Under the pieces are notes generated by a model. That model was not told the origin of the DNA. It did no database searches and saw nothing but the letters and a program-made list of their open reading frames with translations. A DNA stretch of 63,614 bases, counting the filler, from Octopus bimaculoides (Eukaryota): NCBI RefSeq assembly GCF_001194135.2. It is 5 parts of 5 records of this genome, joined end to end, with 100 filler letters (N's around TTAATTAATTAA, not from the genome) between each part and the next. Parts side by side here need not be neighbours in the genome. Positions count along the whole stretch, not along the records: positions 1 to 31,571 come from NC_068992.1; 4 more parts are not named here. One strand, written 5' to 3'. This document shows, piece after piece, positions 12,310 to 24,589 of this stretch. Both the position numbers and the translations under genes were made by a program. Numbering within the stretch: position 1 is the first letter of the stretch; each line of letters starts with the position of its first letter.

Positions 12310-12540
12310 CTGGACTGGGCTATGTGTTGTGTTCTTGAGCAAGAGACTTTATTTCCTGTTGCTCCAGTTCACTCAGCTGTAGAGATGAGCCTCGACGCTA
12401 CTGGTTCCATGGTGTACTGTCCTTTGCCTCTCTCTTGGACAACCTCTGTGGAGAGAGGATTCTGGCATGCATGGATAAACTGCTGGTCTTCCATAAACAA
12501 CCTTACCCCGACTTGTGCCTCGGAGGGGAACTTTCAAACT
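12310..12540 (+). mobile_element. SINE fragment with a CORE-like domain and a different tail
   Basis: gttgtgttcttgagcaagagactttatttcctgttgctccagttcactcagctgt matches the family D central domain. Confidence 0.6.
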
Positions 12541-12829
12541 ACAATACCATATATATATATATGAGAATTCTAGTACCGAATATCAAAAAGCTATAGCGAC
12601 ACAGAGTCTAAAATATATTGTTCATGGAAAATCTCCGACTTAATTAGAACATGAAAAAAATTCATCTGAAATATCTGTAACGCGCAAACTGCCCATTCAT
12701 GTCGAAGAGTGACCAACGACAAACAGAAGCTTAGCTGTTGGTATTTATAAGAGTAAAACGTTGCTGCCTACTCATGAAGACAACATCCTTAACGTCTTAC
12801 AGAACATGCTCAGCCTGACCAATTTACAC

Positions 12830-13260
12830 GCTTTACTTTTCTCCTAACTTATGCCTCGAAAGAAAATATAAAGAAACTCTTACTTGAATTACTTTATCAG
12901 TCTCTGATGACTACTAGCATTTTTTTTGTATCTCATTTTAGAAATTAATGACAAACTGTGGAACTTATTCAAGGGTGAAAGCAACAGACAAAGAACTTGT
13001 AAACAAAATAAAATCATACCTAATGTGGATATTACACTTGCTCTGCAAGACTTGAAAAATAACGAGAAAATTGTAATTTATAAATGTGATAATAGCAATT
13101 TATCTGTTATTATGAACAAAGATGAATAAAATATAAAGATGAAAATCAGAGATATGCTATACAACTAGAAATCAAATTCGATTAAATAAATAACACTCTT
13201 AACGCTCAAATAGAGTCTGTTCCTTACAAATATACAAAACGGGAAGTTTATCAACGGACA
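12830..13260 (+). mobile_element. Degraded Penelope-like element, pre-RT region
   Basis: ALQDLKNNEKIVIYKCDNSNLSVIMNKDE resembles the PLE motif L..L+.+..I+I..aDKGn..VI+.k.+Y. Confidence 0.6.
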
Positions 13261-13460
13261 TGTAGTGTTCTGCAAAGATTTACAATCAGAGAATAACACC
13301 CCTCACGTAAATCTTGTAGCAGACAGGCTTCCTCGAATTTGAACATGGAAGGTTTAAGCTTGAAAGTCAAAAGCGCCGGCGAATAATATTGCTATTTTTG
13401 GTAATACTGAATAGAGAAAATCGCAACTAACAATTGATATTAATATATTTGGTAAAGTTA

Positions 13461-13640
13461 GGGCGGCGTGCAAGCAGAAATGTTAGCTCACCGGTCAAAA
13501 CGCCTAACAGCATTTCGTCCGGCTTTATGTTATGAGTTCAAATTCGCCGAGGTCGTCTTTGCCTTTCATCCTTTCGGGGAAGTACCTTTTGAGCACTAGG
13601 ATCGATGTAATCAACTTGACCACATCCTCGAAGTTATTGG
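13461..13640 (+). mobile_element. SINE family A
   Basis: gggcggcg...gttagc...gagttcaaattcgccgaggtcgtctttgcctttcatcctttcgggg...gatcgatgtaatcaact. Confidence 0.85.
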
Positions 13641-14871
13641 ATAATTTTACCAATATATTCGGAGTTGTTTATTCTGTTTTTCCTGTCCTTGAACTCTAAT
13701 ACAACACTTACAGGAAATGTTCCAGCCAATCGTCTTTGACGCACTTTTTGATAAGACATAAAGAAAAGTTTAATGTTCGCGTCTAAGTGTCTTATGGAAT
13801 ATTCTTGAACAGTTTAGCAAGTTTATAAGACACCCAGAATTCAGCTAATTATAAAGATTATTCTTATTGTAGCTGAATATGGCCCATGTTAATAAGAGGT
13901 GTCTCCACTTTCATCTTTCAGCATTTTCAGTATTTCTTAATTGACAAATGAAACGAAAATACAACAAATTGAACATTACGAATAGGAAAATGTTTAATTG
14001 ACAATGTTGAAGATAATTCTTTCTTATTAACTTGTCATGACTTGATTATTTACTATGTTAATCATAACACAACAACAATCTCTTAAACCACTCCCATACA
14101 CACACACACATCGTAGAGAGTTACCAAATAACTAGATAACATCAGAAAGATTTTATTTTTACAAGAGAGATACAGCATGCAATTATCGGATGTTCGTTGA
14201 AATGTTTTAGAACATCGTATAAGCTCCTTAGGCGCGAAGACTGAACTTTACTTTTTGTCTGTCAATGCTTAACAAAAACAGACGTTAAATACAATTGGCT
14301 GGAAAAAATGTCAGTAGGCGTTATAGAAGATACAAGCATAATCTTTGACAAAGTGCATGCAAAATCCTGTAATAAAACCACCCAAATAGAGCATTAAATG
14401 GCTTGCTCAGCTATAAAACTTCAGTTTTGGAGTTTTATAGCTGAAGAAACTAATTAATGTTCTATTTACTGTAACTTAATATACGGTTCCACTATAGATG
14501 TCTTCAACTGTTTACATATTAGATATTGATTCGAGTTAGAATAAACAGAGACTGCAAAAGATTTGTCGTTCAACTAACCTAATAATATTTTATTCAGTAC
14601 ATATTTATAGAATATTATTTAATAGTAATATGCACTTTTTTTTGTATCTTCCACTGAATCGAATGAGCATTATATTAATTTTGGTTTTGTAGACATTAGT
14701 AAACACATTTTAAAAGTTGACTTAGTAACAACTGACGAGATAACAAAATTAAAAAATATATATTTATTATTTACTATTCAAATGCATATTTATTAAGAAA
14801 CAATTTAAATTAGAATAATTAAAGCCTTCTATTGTTTACTGCTGAAATAACCAAGGAACTGTTTAAGTATA

Positions 14872-15542
14872 CGAGATGCATTCCAGAAGTTTTGAGACGT
14901 TTTAGAAGAGGCAGTTATAACTATCCTAGATTATTGTAATTTTTGTATATCATTGCTATACACGTAATAAGCTGACCTCCTGCCAACTTTTGTTATTCCT
15001 GACTGAAGGAGATGATTGTAACAGCATTTTGAACGCACCCTACTAAATATTGCTTGTCACAGCTGACGAGTGACGAGTTTGCAGAATGCAGCCGGGACGT
15101 GAAGGCAAAGTCGAAGCTCGCTATGCAATAAACTTTTGTGTTAAACTGGACAAAAATACTACAGAAATTTATGAAATGCTCTAGATTGGTCAGGGTTTAA
15201 GTTGTATGAACGAGCAGCAGTTCACAATTCCACAATGGTAACCATCTACTTGACAGAGACAACAAAACTATCCCTTACCCTCCCTACAATCCCCAAGTTG
15301 AAGAAGAACCTCAGGAGCAGTCGTTTTGAATACATTGGGGATGAAGGAAGCTGTGACAAGGTCCAGAACACCTTTATTTTCAAGGACTTTTACGGGACCT
15401 TCGCGGAGTGGCAGGAGCAATAAAACCAGGTACTTTGAAGTCAGAGGATCCTACATTGAAGGAAATTAGAGTTTTGTGCTTCTTTGAAATTAATAAATGC
15501 CTCTCCTGAAAAGAGCTTCAAAACTTCTAGAATTCCCCCCTG
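14872..15542 (+). mobile_element. Internally deleted mariner transposon with TIRs and TA TSD
   Basis: TA-CGAGATGCATTCCAGAAGTTTTGAG...CTTCAAAACTTCTAGAATTCCCCCCTG-TA; N-terminal RYAINFCVKLDKNTTEIYEML-like and C-terminal PKLKKNLRSSRF...EVRGSYIEGN* remnants. Confidence 0.85.
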
Positions 15543-15682
15543 TATATTATTAACAATATCATTTCAGATTCTTTAAGTGATTCTTCTGTAAAAACAAACA
15601 ACACATTTAGTCAATTTAATTCCGTAATTCGTTCATTCATAATTACATTTTTCCGTTTTGTCTCAAGAAGAAGAAAAAAGGG

Positions 15683-15962
15683 TTACATCTGCCTTATTCT
15701 TATGTAAAAACAAAAAGACTTATGAAAGTATCTAAGGTAAAAATTTACAAGGCCACTTCCTTGAGTGCACTGTCTATTGTATCTACATTTAGTAGCTTGG
15801 GATAAAAACTGGCGAAATACTAAGTTATTCAGTTTTTCATTATCTTCGTAGACACCGTTTGTATAGCAATTCCTATTGTAAAGTCGAAATATAATCTGTA
15901 AGTTATAAATGAATCTCTTCAAATAGTCGCTTTCTTCTACGTTTAATTCATAACACAAGGAA
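15683..15962 (-). CDS. Candidate exon of an unidentified gene or pseudogene (about 92 open codons)
   Basis: Strong acceptor aagtttaattttttctag| at 15963; reads SLCYELNVEESDYLKRFIY...QATKCRYNRQCTQGSGL; possible GTAAAT donor at 15748. No family recognised. Confidence 0.3.
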
Positions 15963-17204
15963 CTAGAAAAAATTAAACTTTTATGGAATTAAATAATATT
16001 TTTTCTTCCTCTATTTTCATATGTAGTGTAAACACAGTAACTTGTATTATATTCAATAGTCGTTAATTTTCTAACTTTATGCTTTCTCTATATTTTTAAA
16101 ATTTTCACTCATATTGTTATTCTATTATTATGATTGTTAACAATCAAAAGATTTATTGTTTTCATTTCCGTTTTTAAAGACATTGTAAATATAAAAACAA
16201 GAATATTATCTGATAATCGTACATTTACAAATTAGTTTATTCAAACTAGTAGCTAATTTCCCTTCCTAATCGACGTCAAATCTAGTCTACAAAAAGTCGT
16301 TTCCTTTTACTAAACTCTGACTTTCTCATCATGCTTTGATTTATCAACAGTATTAGTACTCTATATTTCATCTTCAATGGACTAATTTCCGTTTAAAACT
16401 AAATCTATTTGAAGCCCTGAACTTTCCATCTGTCAATCAAATTTTTTTCGCTTTAGCTGCCATATTTGGACCATATTGCATGTGAATGTAATCTGACGAA
16501 TAAATAGATTTCCTGAGATTTTATATCAAGAATGTTATATTTTGAATAATAGGTCAGGTGATATATTCTATGTATGTTAATTACTCTTTATTCGCTTTTA
16601 ATTTCACCTAGGAAACAACGATGTAAATTATGGAGACAGATATATTTGAAACAGCCCGCATTCTGCAAGGCCATGTTGCACACACGTAGCCAACTTAGTG
16701 GCTTTACTATTGTCCATGTGCCAGAAAGGAGATAGGTGATTAGCATGGCATTTTTCGGAATCACCTTCGCATAACCTGATGTAATTTTAAATTTCGGTTA
16801 TGTCTTCATGTAGCGCTGCTGTTACTTCTGCCTCATATACGATGAGGGTTTATCATGCACGTCTGGTCGAGTGGGCAAACTGCAGGGTCTCGACAGTTGA
16901 AATCTTCACCATCACCTTCTCGACAACCGCCACCTCACCACCACTAACACTACTCCCACTACCCCCGCCAATCTACTACCACCCCCACTACCCCTCACTA
17001 TCACCACCTACACAACCACCACCCATACTACCACAACCTGGATCTTCAAATATTGCAAGGGCATTATTCTGACAAAGAGTTGTTCACCTTGAGCATCATT
17101 GTATCAACCTTGAATATTTTATGCATGCTTTCTAAGATGTATCGAATTCTTGTTTGAAGGAAACTGCTTATATATTTTTCAAACTATGAACAATGCGGTA
17201 ATAA

Positions 17205-17212
17205 TAATAATG

Positions 17213-17267
<55 letters not shown>

Positions 17268-17277
17268 TAATAATAAT
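17205..17277. repeat. (TAA)n microsatellite
   Basis: Direct. Confidence 0.95.
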
Positions 17278-17687
17278 TTGATTTGATTTGAAGAAAACGT
17301 CAAAAGGCAATGTTGAATAATAAAATATTTCTAAGGTATAGAAAGGTGAATTGAAAAATACGTAAAAAGGTAAGAAATAGGTTGTACGTAAAATCTAAAG
17401 GGTTTTCAAAAAAATTCTGTTAAAAACACATTGCCCTAATAAGAAAGATAAAACGATGCCAGCAGAAAATAGACTTATGCAAACAAAACTGCATCATTCA
17501 CGGAGATGAAAAAGAAATTCTACAAAGGAATGTTAGGGATTGAATGAAAGGAAACTTATCTCTAATGTCAAAAAAATACTGAGCACATTACAGAAAGTGA
17601 AAGTAGGAAATATGGTAAATGGTGGCAGAAACTTCGATAAAGTGTAAGTAGATGTATCCAGACCTTGTGATAGTGGAAGACCAATTG

Positions 17688-17785
17688 GCAGCGGCATGGC
17701 TGTGTGCTTTAGAAGCTTGCTTCCAAAACATGTTGCTTTGGTTCAATCCCAATGCGCTGCACCTTGGACAATTGTCTTCTTTAGA
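17688..17785 (+). mobile_element. SINE family B head fragment
   Basis: ggcatggctgtgtg...agaagcttgcttcc...ggttcaatcccaatgcgctgcaccttggacaattgtcttct. Confidence 0.75.
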
Positions 17786-18429
17786 ACAGAAGTGTAGAAA
17801 GAATAAAGGAATTTGAGAATAAAAATACAGAAAGGGTATATATCCGTCAGAAGAGAAGTGATACTGTGGAAGAAATAAAGGAACTTCAGAATAACTAGAA
17901 ATATATAAAGTACATACTGTGCCATTAGAATAGAAGTATAGAAGTGATGCTGCATAAGGAATAACGGAACTTGAGGATAACTTTAAATACATATATTACA
18001 ATCGCAGGGGTGAATTATAATGCAAGACTATCCCCTTGATAATAATCTCATAATTGAATGCTGAATAGTTGAATAAAGAATTGCAGTAACAGAAAGCTGG
18101 AATTAAAGAGTTTGGAGTCAGTAAAAAAAAAAAGATAATTTAGTAAGATAAGTGGAGGAATTTCCCGAGATGATCGCGTGTCCTCTTGGCCTTTCGTGGA
18201 ATAAATAATAACGTTAACACAAGCATCGCGAATACTTAGCTACGTGTATTCAAGGAAGAACGGCATAAATATCTGCTGTTTTCTTATTTTTAGGTCACGA
18301 TGTTCTTCAGGTCTTTGCTCTGATTTAGCCATGAAGGCGAAAACCATACTGGAGGGTCGCCTTGAATCTGTTTGCAAAGAACAAAATTCTTACGAGCTCT
18401 TTATTTCAAACAATGCGTTGGTTCAATGG

Positions 18430-19400
18430 AATGGAAAATAATGGCATACACTTAGCAGATAACGAATTCATAAATCTGCTGCACATAGGGGATTATAAAT
18501 ACTTAGGTTAGATAAGATAATGGAAACTAGCGTGAAATGCATATTTTGGAATAATGAGAATATCTAAAATAGTGGAATTAATGTTTAAATCGTTTAATGG
18601 AGAGTATAGCATGTAGGTTATTGAAAAAAAGAAAAACGAGATAATATCTCTTTTGAAGTTTAATGAAGAATTCGAAAGTGAAATGTGTAGAACCGATTAA
18701 CTTCAGAAAACCCACGTGGGACATAACATTTCATCAGTAGTATTAATAAGATTAATAACGCCTTGTTGCAAAGAGTGGTAAAATAGCAAACATGACAATC
18801 AGGGAGCCTATACGTACCAAAAAGAACGATCAAGACTCCCTCAAATCGTATCCTGTTTCTTAAAAAGCCGAAAAGTATTGGATAATGTATTCTAAACAAA
18901 CTATTTCTAGAAACGATGATCGTAACTGAAATGCATTTGATCATGTCTATGTGACAGTGCTTACCTGGAGGGAAATAACAGAAATTATAGATTATTTGCG
19001 AAGGATAGTGTAGGTAGAAACCGCGAAAGATAGTGTACATAAGAAACCGCGGGTAAAGGAGGTAAACAGCTAACGAGAATATAACAGTTAAAACCGAAAA
19101 ATTCTACATATTGAAATACAAAGATTATGGAAACATAAGATATGGGTGAAGGTATTAATACTGTTTGCCCATGAACATGGATGTAAAAGTCAAACCTAAA
19201 CCTTGAAATTGAAGAATTGTCTTTATAATATAGCAACGATATAGATCCAATTCCACAGCGTATTGATTCATCATTTCAAAGATTCTATGACAAGAGGAAT
19301 GGAAGCGTAATAACATCTTTGATTAGTGAATGTAGTAAATTAGCTTATTGGGAATATTGGCGATGACGTAATGAAGTTACACAGATATGAAGGAATCAAA
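18430..19400 (+). mobile_element. Highly degraded R4/Dong-type non-LTR retrotransposon (late RT to zinc-knuckle region)
   Basis: GIHLAD...DYKYLG, SLYVPKR and LISECSKLAYWEY.R.RNEV remnants with many stops and frameshifts. Confidence 0.5.
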
Positions 19401-19579
19401 ACTTAAATAGAGCAGAAAATTAATATACGCAAGGGTTCCCTTTACAGAATTGAGTCCGAAGACATCTCATGGCTGATGTCGCATGGGAGTTCAGATATTG
19501 TATTAACTGTTATGGTGGAAAATTTTATGCAAAAATCGTTTAAAATTTGTTTTGGCTGTCATCCTTCTACAACATCACT

Positions 19580-19580
<1 letters not shown>

Positions 19581-19641
<61 letters not shown>

Positions 19642-19667
19642 GTAGTAGTAGTAGTAGTAGTAGTAGT
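19581..19667. repeat. (ACT)20 immediately followed by (AGT)9, a perfect 54-bp palindrome centred at 19640/19641
   Basis: (AGT)n is the reverse complement of (ACT)n. Confidence 0.95.
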
Positions 19668-19699
19668 GCCCCATCAGAAATCACCAAAAATACATAATG

Positions 19700-20203
19700 A
19701 AAAAAAATACAACCTCAGAATATGTGGTGATGGGGAAGAAATAATTAATCATATTGTCTCTGGGCTGCTCAGTCATGGTTAAGAAGAAATATATTCACAG
19801 ACGTGGAAGAGTTGGGACCTATATACACTGAAAGCTATGCGAACACTATGGAATGACAACAGGAAAAAAATGGTATGACAAAGCAACCATACTATGAGAT
19901 ATACCAATACACACAGATAGAGAAATCAAGGCTTATATATCGGATATAGTCGTCAGAGATCGCCAAGAAAAAAATGCCTTCTAATCGATGTATCGATACC
20001 AACAGACGACAATGTATCTCTAAAGGAAACATAGAAACTCTCAAACTACAATAATCTGGAAATAGAGGCAACTCGAAAGTGAAACCTAAAAATAGAAACA
20101 ATTCCTATAATGATAGGTGCATTAGGCATGATTAATAAATATTCAGACAAATACAGAACCAAAACACCAGGACTTACGAATGTATATAACATACAGAAAA
20201 TAA
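19700..20203 (+). mobile_element. R4/Dong-type retrotransposon C-terminus with restriction-like (PD-D/ExK) endonuclease, pseudogenised
   Basis: RICGDGEEIINHIVSG-CSVMVKKKYIHR..RVGTYIH*KLCEHY...SDIVVRD..KCLLIDVSIPTDDNVSLKET*KLS.Y..LEIE...IPIMIGALG. Confidence 0.85.
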
Positions 20204-20389
20204 GTTTGGGGGAGGGGGCCAGTCGATTACATTAACCCCAGTATGTAACTGGTACTTATTTCATCGATTCCGAAAGGATGAAAGGCAAAGTCGACCTCGG
20301 CAGAATTTGAACTTAGAACGTGAAGACAGACATGATGCCGCTAAGCATTTTGGTCGTCGTGCTAACGATTCTGCCAGCTCACCGCCCTC
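20204..20389 (-). mobile_element. SINE family A, full length, head abutting (TAA)n
   Basis: Reverse complement reads gggcggtgagctggcagaatcgttagcacg...aaattctgccgaggtcgactttgcctttcatcctttcgg. Confidence 0.9.
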
Positions 20390-20469
20390 AATAATAATAA
20401 TACATAATAATAATAATAATATCATCAACAACAACAACAACAATTCTTTCTACTATAACCGCAAGGGCT

Positions 20470-20810
20470 GGAATGTTAGGGAAGAAGCTAATCAATAACA
20501 TTGACCATAGTACTTATTTCATAGACCCCCGAAAGGATGAAAGGTAAAATAGAGCTCGACAAGATAGAAACTCAAAACATAAAGAGTCGGAACAAATATC
20601 GCTAATAATTTTTGTTCGACGCGCTAACATCTCTGTCGGTTCGCCGCATCTACTTTTCTCAACTGGTATTTATTTTATAGACCTCCGAAGGATAAAAAGT
20701 AAAAGTTGACGTCGGCCGGATTTGAACTGAAAACGAAAAGAGCCGGAAAAAAATAATAAGAGACGCTAGGCTGCTTGTCCGAAACAATTCCATTCCTGCT
20801 AGATCGCTGC
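20470..20810 (-). mobile_element. Two further degenerate family A copies in tandem
   Basis: tacttatttcatagaccccc gaaaggatgaaaggtaaa and ggtattttattttatagacctccgaaggataaaaagtaaaagttgac. Confidence 0.7.
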
Positions 20811-21022
20811 ACTGACGATGATGATGAACATCATCATCATTGTCGTCATCATCATCATCATCATGCTGCTACTACTACTACTACTAATAATAATAATAAT
20901 AAATAATGTAGCAATAATTAATGCTTTACATTATTTCCTTTAGGAATTACAACAGAAATTACCCCAATATTTGACGCTGTATTTACCACATTGTTTCACT
21001 ACACTTTATAACTATATTACCA

Positions 21023-21024
<2 letters not shown>

Positions 21025-21075
<51 letters not shown>

Positions 21076-22150
21076 TAATAATAATAACAATAATAATAAT
21101 AACAATAATAATANNNNNNNNNNNNNNNNNNNNNNNNNNNNNNNNNNNNNNNNNNNNNNNNNNNNNNNNNNNNNNNNNNNNNNNNNNNNNNNNNNNNNNN
21201 NNNNNNNNNNNNNNNNNNNNNNNNNNNNNNNNNNNNNNNNNNNNNNNNNNNNNNNNNNNNNNNNNNNNNNNNNNNNNNNNNNNNNNNNNNNNNNNNNNNN
21301 NNNNNNNNNNNNNNNNNNNNNNNNNNNNNNNNNNNNNNNNNNNNNNNNNNNNNNNNNNNNNNNNNNNNNNNNNNNNNNNNNNNNNNNNNNNNNNNNNNNN
21401 NNNNNNNNNNNNNNNNNNNNNNNNNNNNNNNNNNNNNNNNNNNNNNNNNNNNNNNNNNNNNNNNNNNNNNNNNNNNNNNNNNNNNNNNNNNNNNNNNNNN
21501 NNNNNNNNNNNNNNNNNNNNNNNNNNNNNNNNNNNNNNNNNNNNNNNNNNNNNNNNNNNNNNNNNNNNNNNNNNNNNNNNNNNNNNNNNNNNNNNNNNNN
21601 NNNNNNNNNNNNNNNNNNNNNNNNNNNNNNNNNNNNNNNNNNNNNNNNNNNNNNNNNNNNNNNNNNNNNNNNNNNNNNNNNNNNNNNNNNNNNNNNNNNN
21701 NNNNNNNNNNNNNNNNNNNNNNNNNNNNNNNNNNNNNNNNNNNNNNNNNNNNNNNNNNNNNNNNNNNNNNNNNNNNNNNNNNNNNNNNNNNNNNNNNNNN
21801 NNNNNNNNNNNNNNNNNNNNNNNNNNNNNNNNNNNNNNNNNNNNNNNNNNNNNNNNNNNNNNNNNNNNNNNNNNNNNNNNNNNNNNNNNNNNNNNNNNNN
21901 NNNNNNNNNNNNNNNNNNNNNNNNNNNNNNNNNNNNNNNNNNNNNNNNNNNNNNNNNNNNNNNNNNNNNNNNNNNNNNNNNNNNNNNNNNNNNNNNNNNN
22001 NNNNNNNNNNNNNNNNNNNNNNNNNNNNNNNNNNNNNNNNNNNNNNNNNNNNNNNNNNNNNNNNNNNNNNNNNNNNNNNNNNNNNNNNNNNNNNNNNNNN
22101 NNNNNNNNNNNNNAGAGAGACAGAGAGACAGAGAGAGAAAGAGAGAGAAA
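21025..22150. other. (TAA/CAA)n, then a 1000-N gap (21114-22113), then (GA)n
   Basis: Direct. Confidence 0.95.
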
Positions 22151-22804
22151 GAGAGAGAGGGAGATTGAGAAAGTCTGAAGTATTTCCAGTTATTGATAAA
22201 CGATCACTTTGTTAGAATTATTGTTTCCAATCGAATGGTGGCCGAAATAGATGAGGGATAGGGTGGGGGAAGTGATTGGGGAAAGAATAGGCGGGTGGAG
22301 CTGTAACGAGAAGAAAAATATAAGAAACGAAACAAGGAAGTGAGAAGATACAGAAAGCGTGAAGAGAGGTGAGAGAGAAAGCCATATTAGAGAGAAATAA
22401 AATGAGAGACCATCGGAGACTGAGTGAGCAATGCGAGGAAGAAACTGATAAAGATAGAAAAAAGAGATAGAAGAAGGAGAGAAAGTGAAAGTAGAAAGTG
22501 AAAGTAGAAAGCTCTGAAATGATGCAATTATAAGCTATGACTGTTGTTGTCAATTGTTTTATGGTAAAAAAGACTTTGTTCCGTTTCTCATGTTTTTCAC
22601 GTAATTTATCATTATTGGTCTCAGTGTTATTTATTGTGATCTCATTTTCTTCAAATCTTATATTTTCCCTTATTTTTTTTTTCCTGTCAGTTATTTATTT
22701 ATTTACTTATTTTCCTGGTGGAAATGAAGTTGAGGATATCAACCTTTGGAAATATTTATAATTGAACTGAAATGAGCTCACGGGAAATGACTGCACGGCT
22801 AAAA

Positions 22805-22990
22805 TATGGTGGTGAGCTGCCAGAACAGTTACCAGGATGGACAAAGGCTTTACATTCTGTTAACAAATGCCGCTGACGTCGACTTTACCTTCTTTCTTTT
22901 CAGGGTCGGTAAAATAAGTACCAATTGAGCACTGGAGTCGGTGTACACGACTAGTCCCTCCCTATAAAATTTCAGGTCTGTACCAAGAGA
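22805..22990 (+). mobile_element. SINE family A, degenerate
   Basis: ggtggtgagctgccagaac...gacgtcgactttaccttc...gggtcggtaaaataagtaccaattgagcactggagtcg. Confidence 0.75.
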
Positions 22991-23371
22991 GAAATGAAGG
23001 TGTTTGAGTTGGACTAATACGTTTCCTTGGGTCTGTGTCTTCCAGCGTTGTTTTAATTTGATGAAAGACTTTTAAACAGCATTTGGCTTCTTTATCATTA
23101 CATTTTGTTTGGTTTTGTTGTTTAATCAGGAAGAGAGGAGCAGTATCCACGAGCCTTTGTTTTTCAAGGTCTGCGAGACCAAGAATGATGAGACAAAAGA
23201 AGAAACTCATCCTCAAAGCAGAGCACTGACCAGAATCCTTGCAATAATATGTATTCCTCTAAAGACATCCAAGGACGAGGTAGGGGTATTAACTGAACAA
23301 CGGATCGAGTTTTCCACCCATGCTAACGATTCTGCCTGGCCACCGCGTTTCCGTTATTGTTAACATTATGA

Positions 23372-23580
23372 AGGCGGCGAGAAGGCAAAATCGTTAGCAC
23401 GTGAGATAAATGATTAACGGCATTTATTCTGACACAATGTGTTCTGAGTTCAAATTCTGCCGAGGTCGACTTTGTCATTCGTCCTTTCTGGATCGACAAA
23501 ATAAGTACCAGGTACGTACAAGGGTTGATGTAATCAACTAACCCTTCTCCCTAAAATTGTCGGCTTTGTGCCAAAACTAA
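23372..23580 (+). mobile_element. SINE family A, full length
   Basis: aggcggcgag...aatcgttagcacg...ttctgagttcaaattctgccgaggtcgactttg...gtgccaaaact. Confidence 0.9.
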
Positions 23581-24299
23581 AAAGAATTATTAAAAGCAAT
23601 GAACTGCCACCTAATTTATCGCTATAAATATGTTAAGTACGCCTCTTTGCGTTATTTGTGCCAAACCAAATATTCCCAGGGTTATAAGTGCTGGTGTTTA
23701 ACTCCAATGTAATTATGTTTCATAGTTGAAAGATAAACTCTTCCTACATAGAACACTTGTCTATCTCAGATGATGTGGTACGTTTTGCTACACCTACGTG
23801 AACTTAAACATGTAGACTGAAGTGTTTTACCGAAATTAACAACAACACGTCTGCTATGCAATATTACTAAATATCTATGAGTTGGTAGTCCAACACGAGT
23901 ATATCGCGTCTTCACTAATCAAAAGAGAGATAAAAATAAATATTTTATTAATTAATTAATCAAATGTCTGTATTTTCTAATTAACTATTCGTAATCAGTA
24001 GAATCCATCAATAAATAAACAACTGGTTCTAACAGAGAGTAATGTGGAAATGTTGCTGTTGAATATATTAACAATTAAAGTAAATTAGAATGAAATAATT
24101 AAAACTGACATTGAGTTTGAGTCTGTCCTTATGTACATGTCATTAGCAATAAATACTGGCGTAGGGAGGGGATTTGACCGCTTGTCATTAGGAATAAATA
24201 ATGGGGGTTAGTTGTCCATTAAGAACGAAGGGTTTTATATATATTACATAAAAATATCACTTCATCATGTGATTGCCTAGACTAATGGATGTTGTTATA

Positions 24300-24560
24300 C
24301 ATCGCTGATCCCAGTGCGTTTTGCATCGTTTTAGCTTCCGAATGATGTTACCCTGATGGCTTAGCGAGTAGGTCAACATATCCCTGATCAGAAGGCTATT
24401 CCGTCGCAGGGTGATTCATTTATAGCTGAGTGGACTCGGACAACGTGAAATGAAGGGTTTTGCTCAAGAACACAACACGCCGCTTGGTTCGGAAATCGAA
24501 CCCACGATCTAGCGATCGCGAGTGCAACATGCTAATCACTAGGGTACGTACCTTCACAAA
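24300..24560 (-). mobile_element. SINE with a CORE-like domain
   Basis: tagctgagtggactcggacaacgtgaaatgaagggttttgctcaagaacacaacacg is the reverse complement of the family D core. Confidence 0.75.
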
Positions 24561-24589
24561 TTAAAGATATGCGGTGAAAAATAGGGTGC

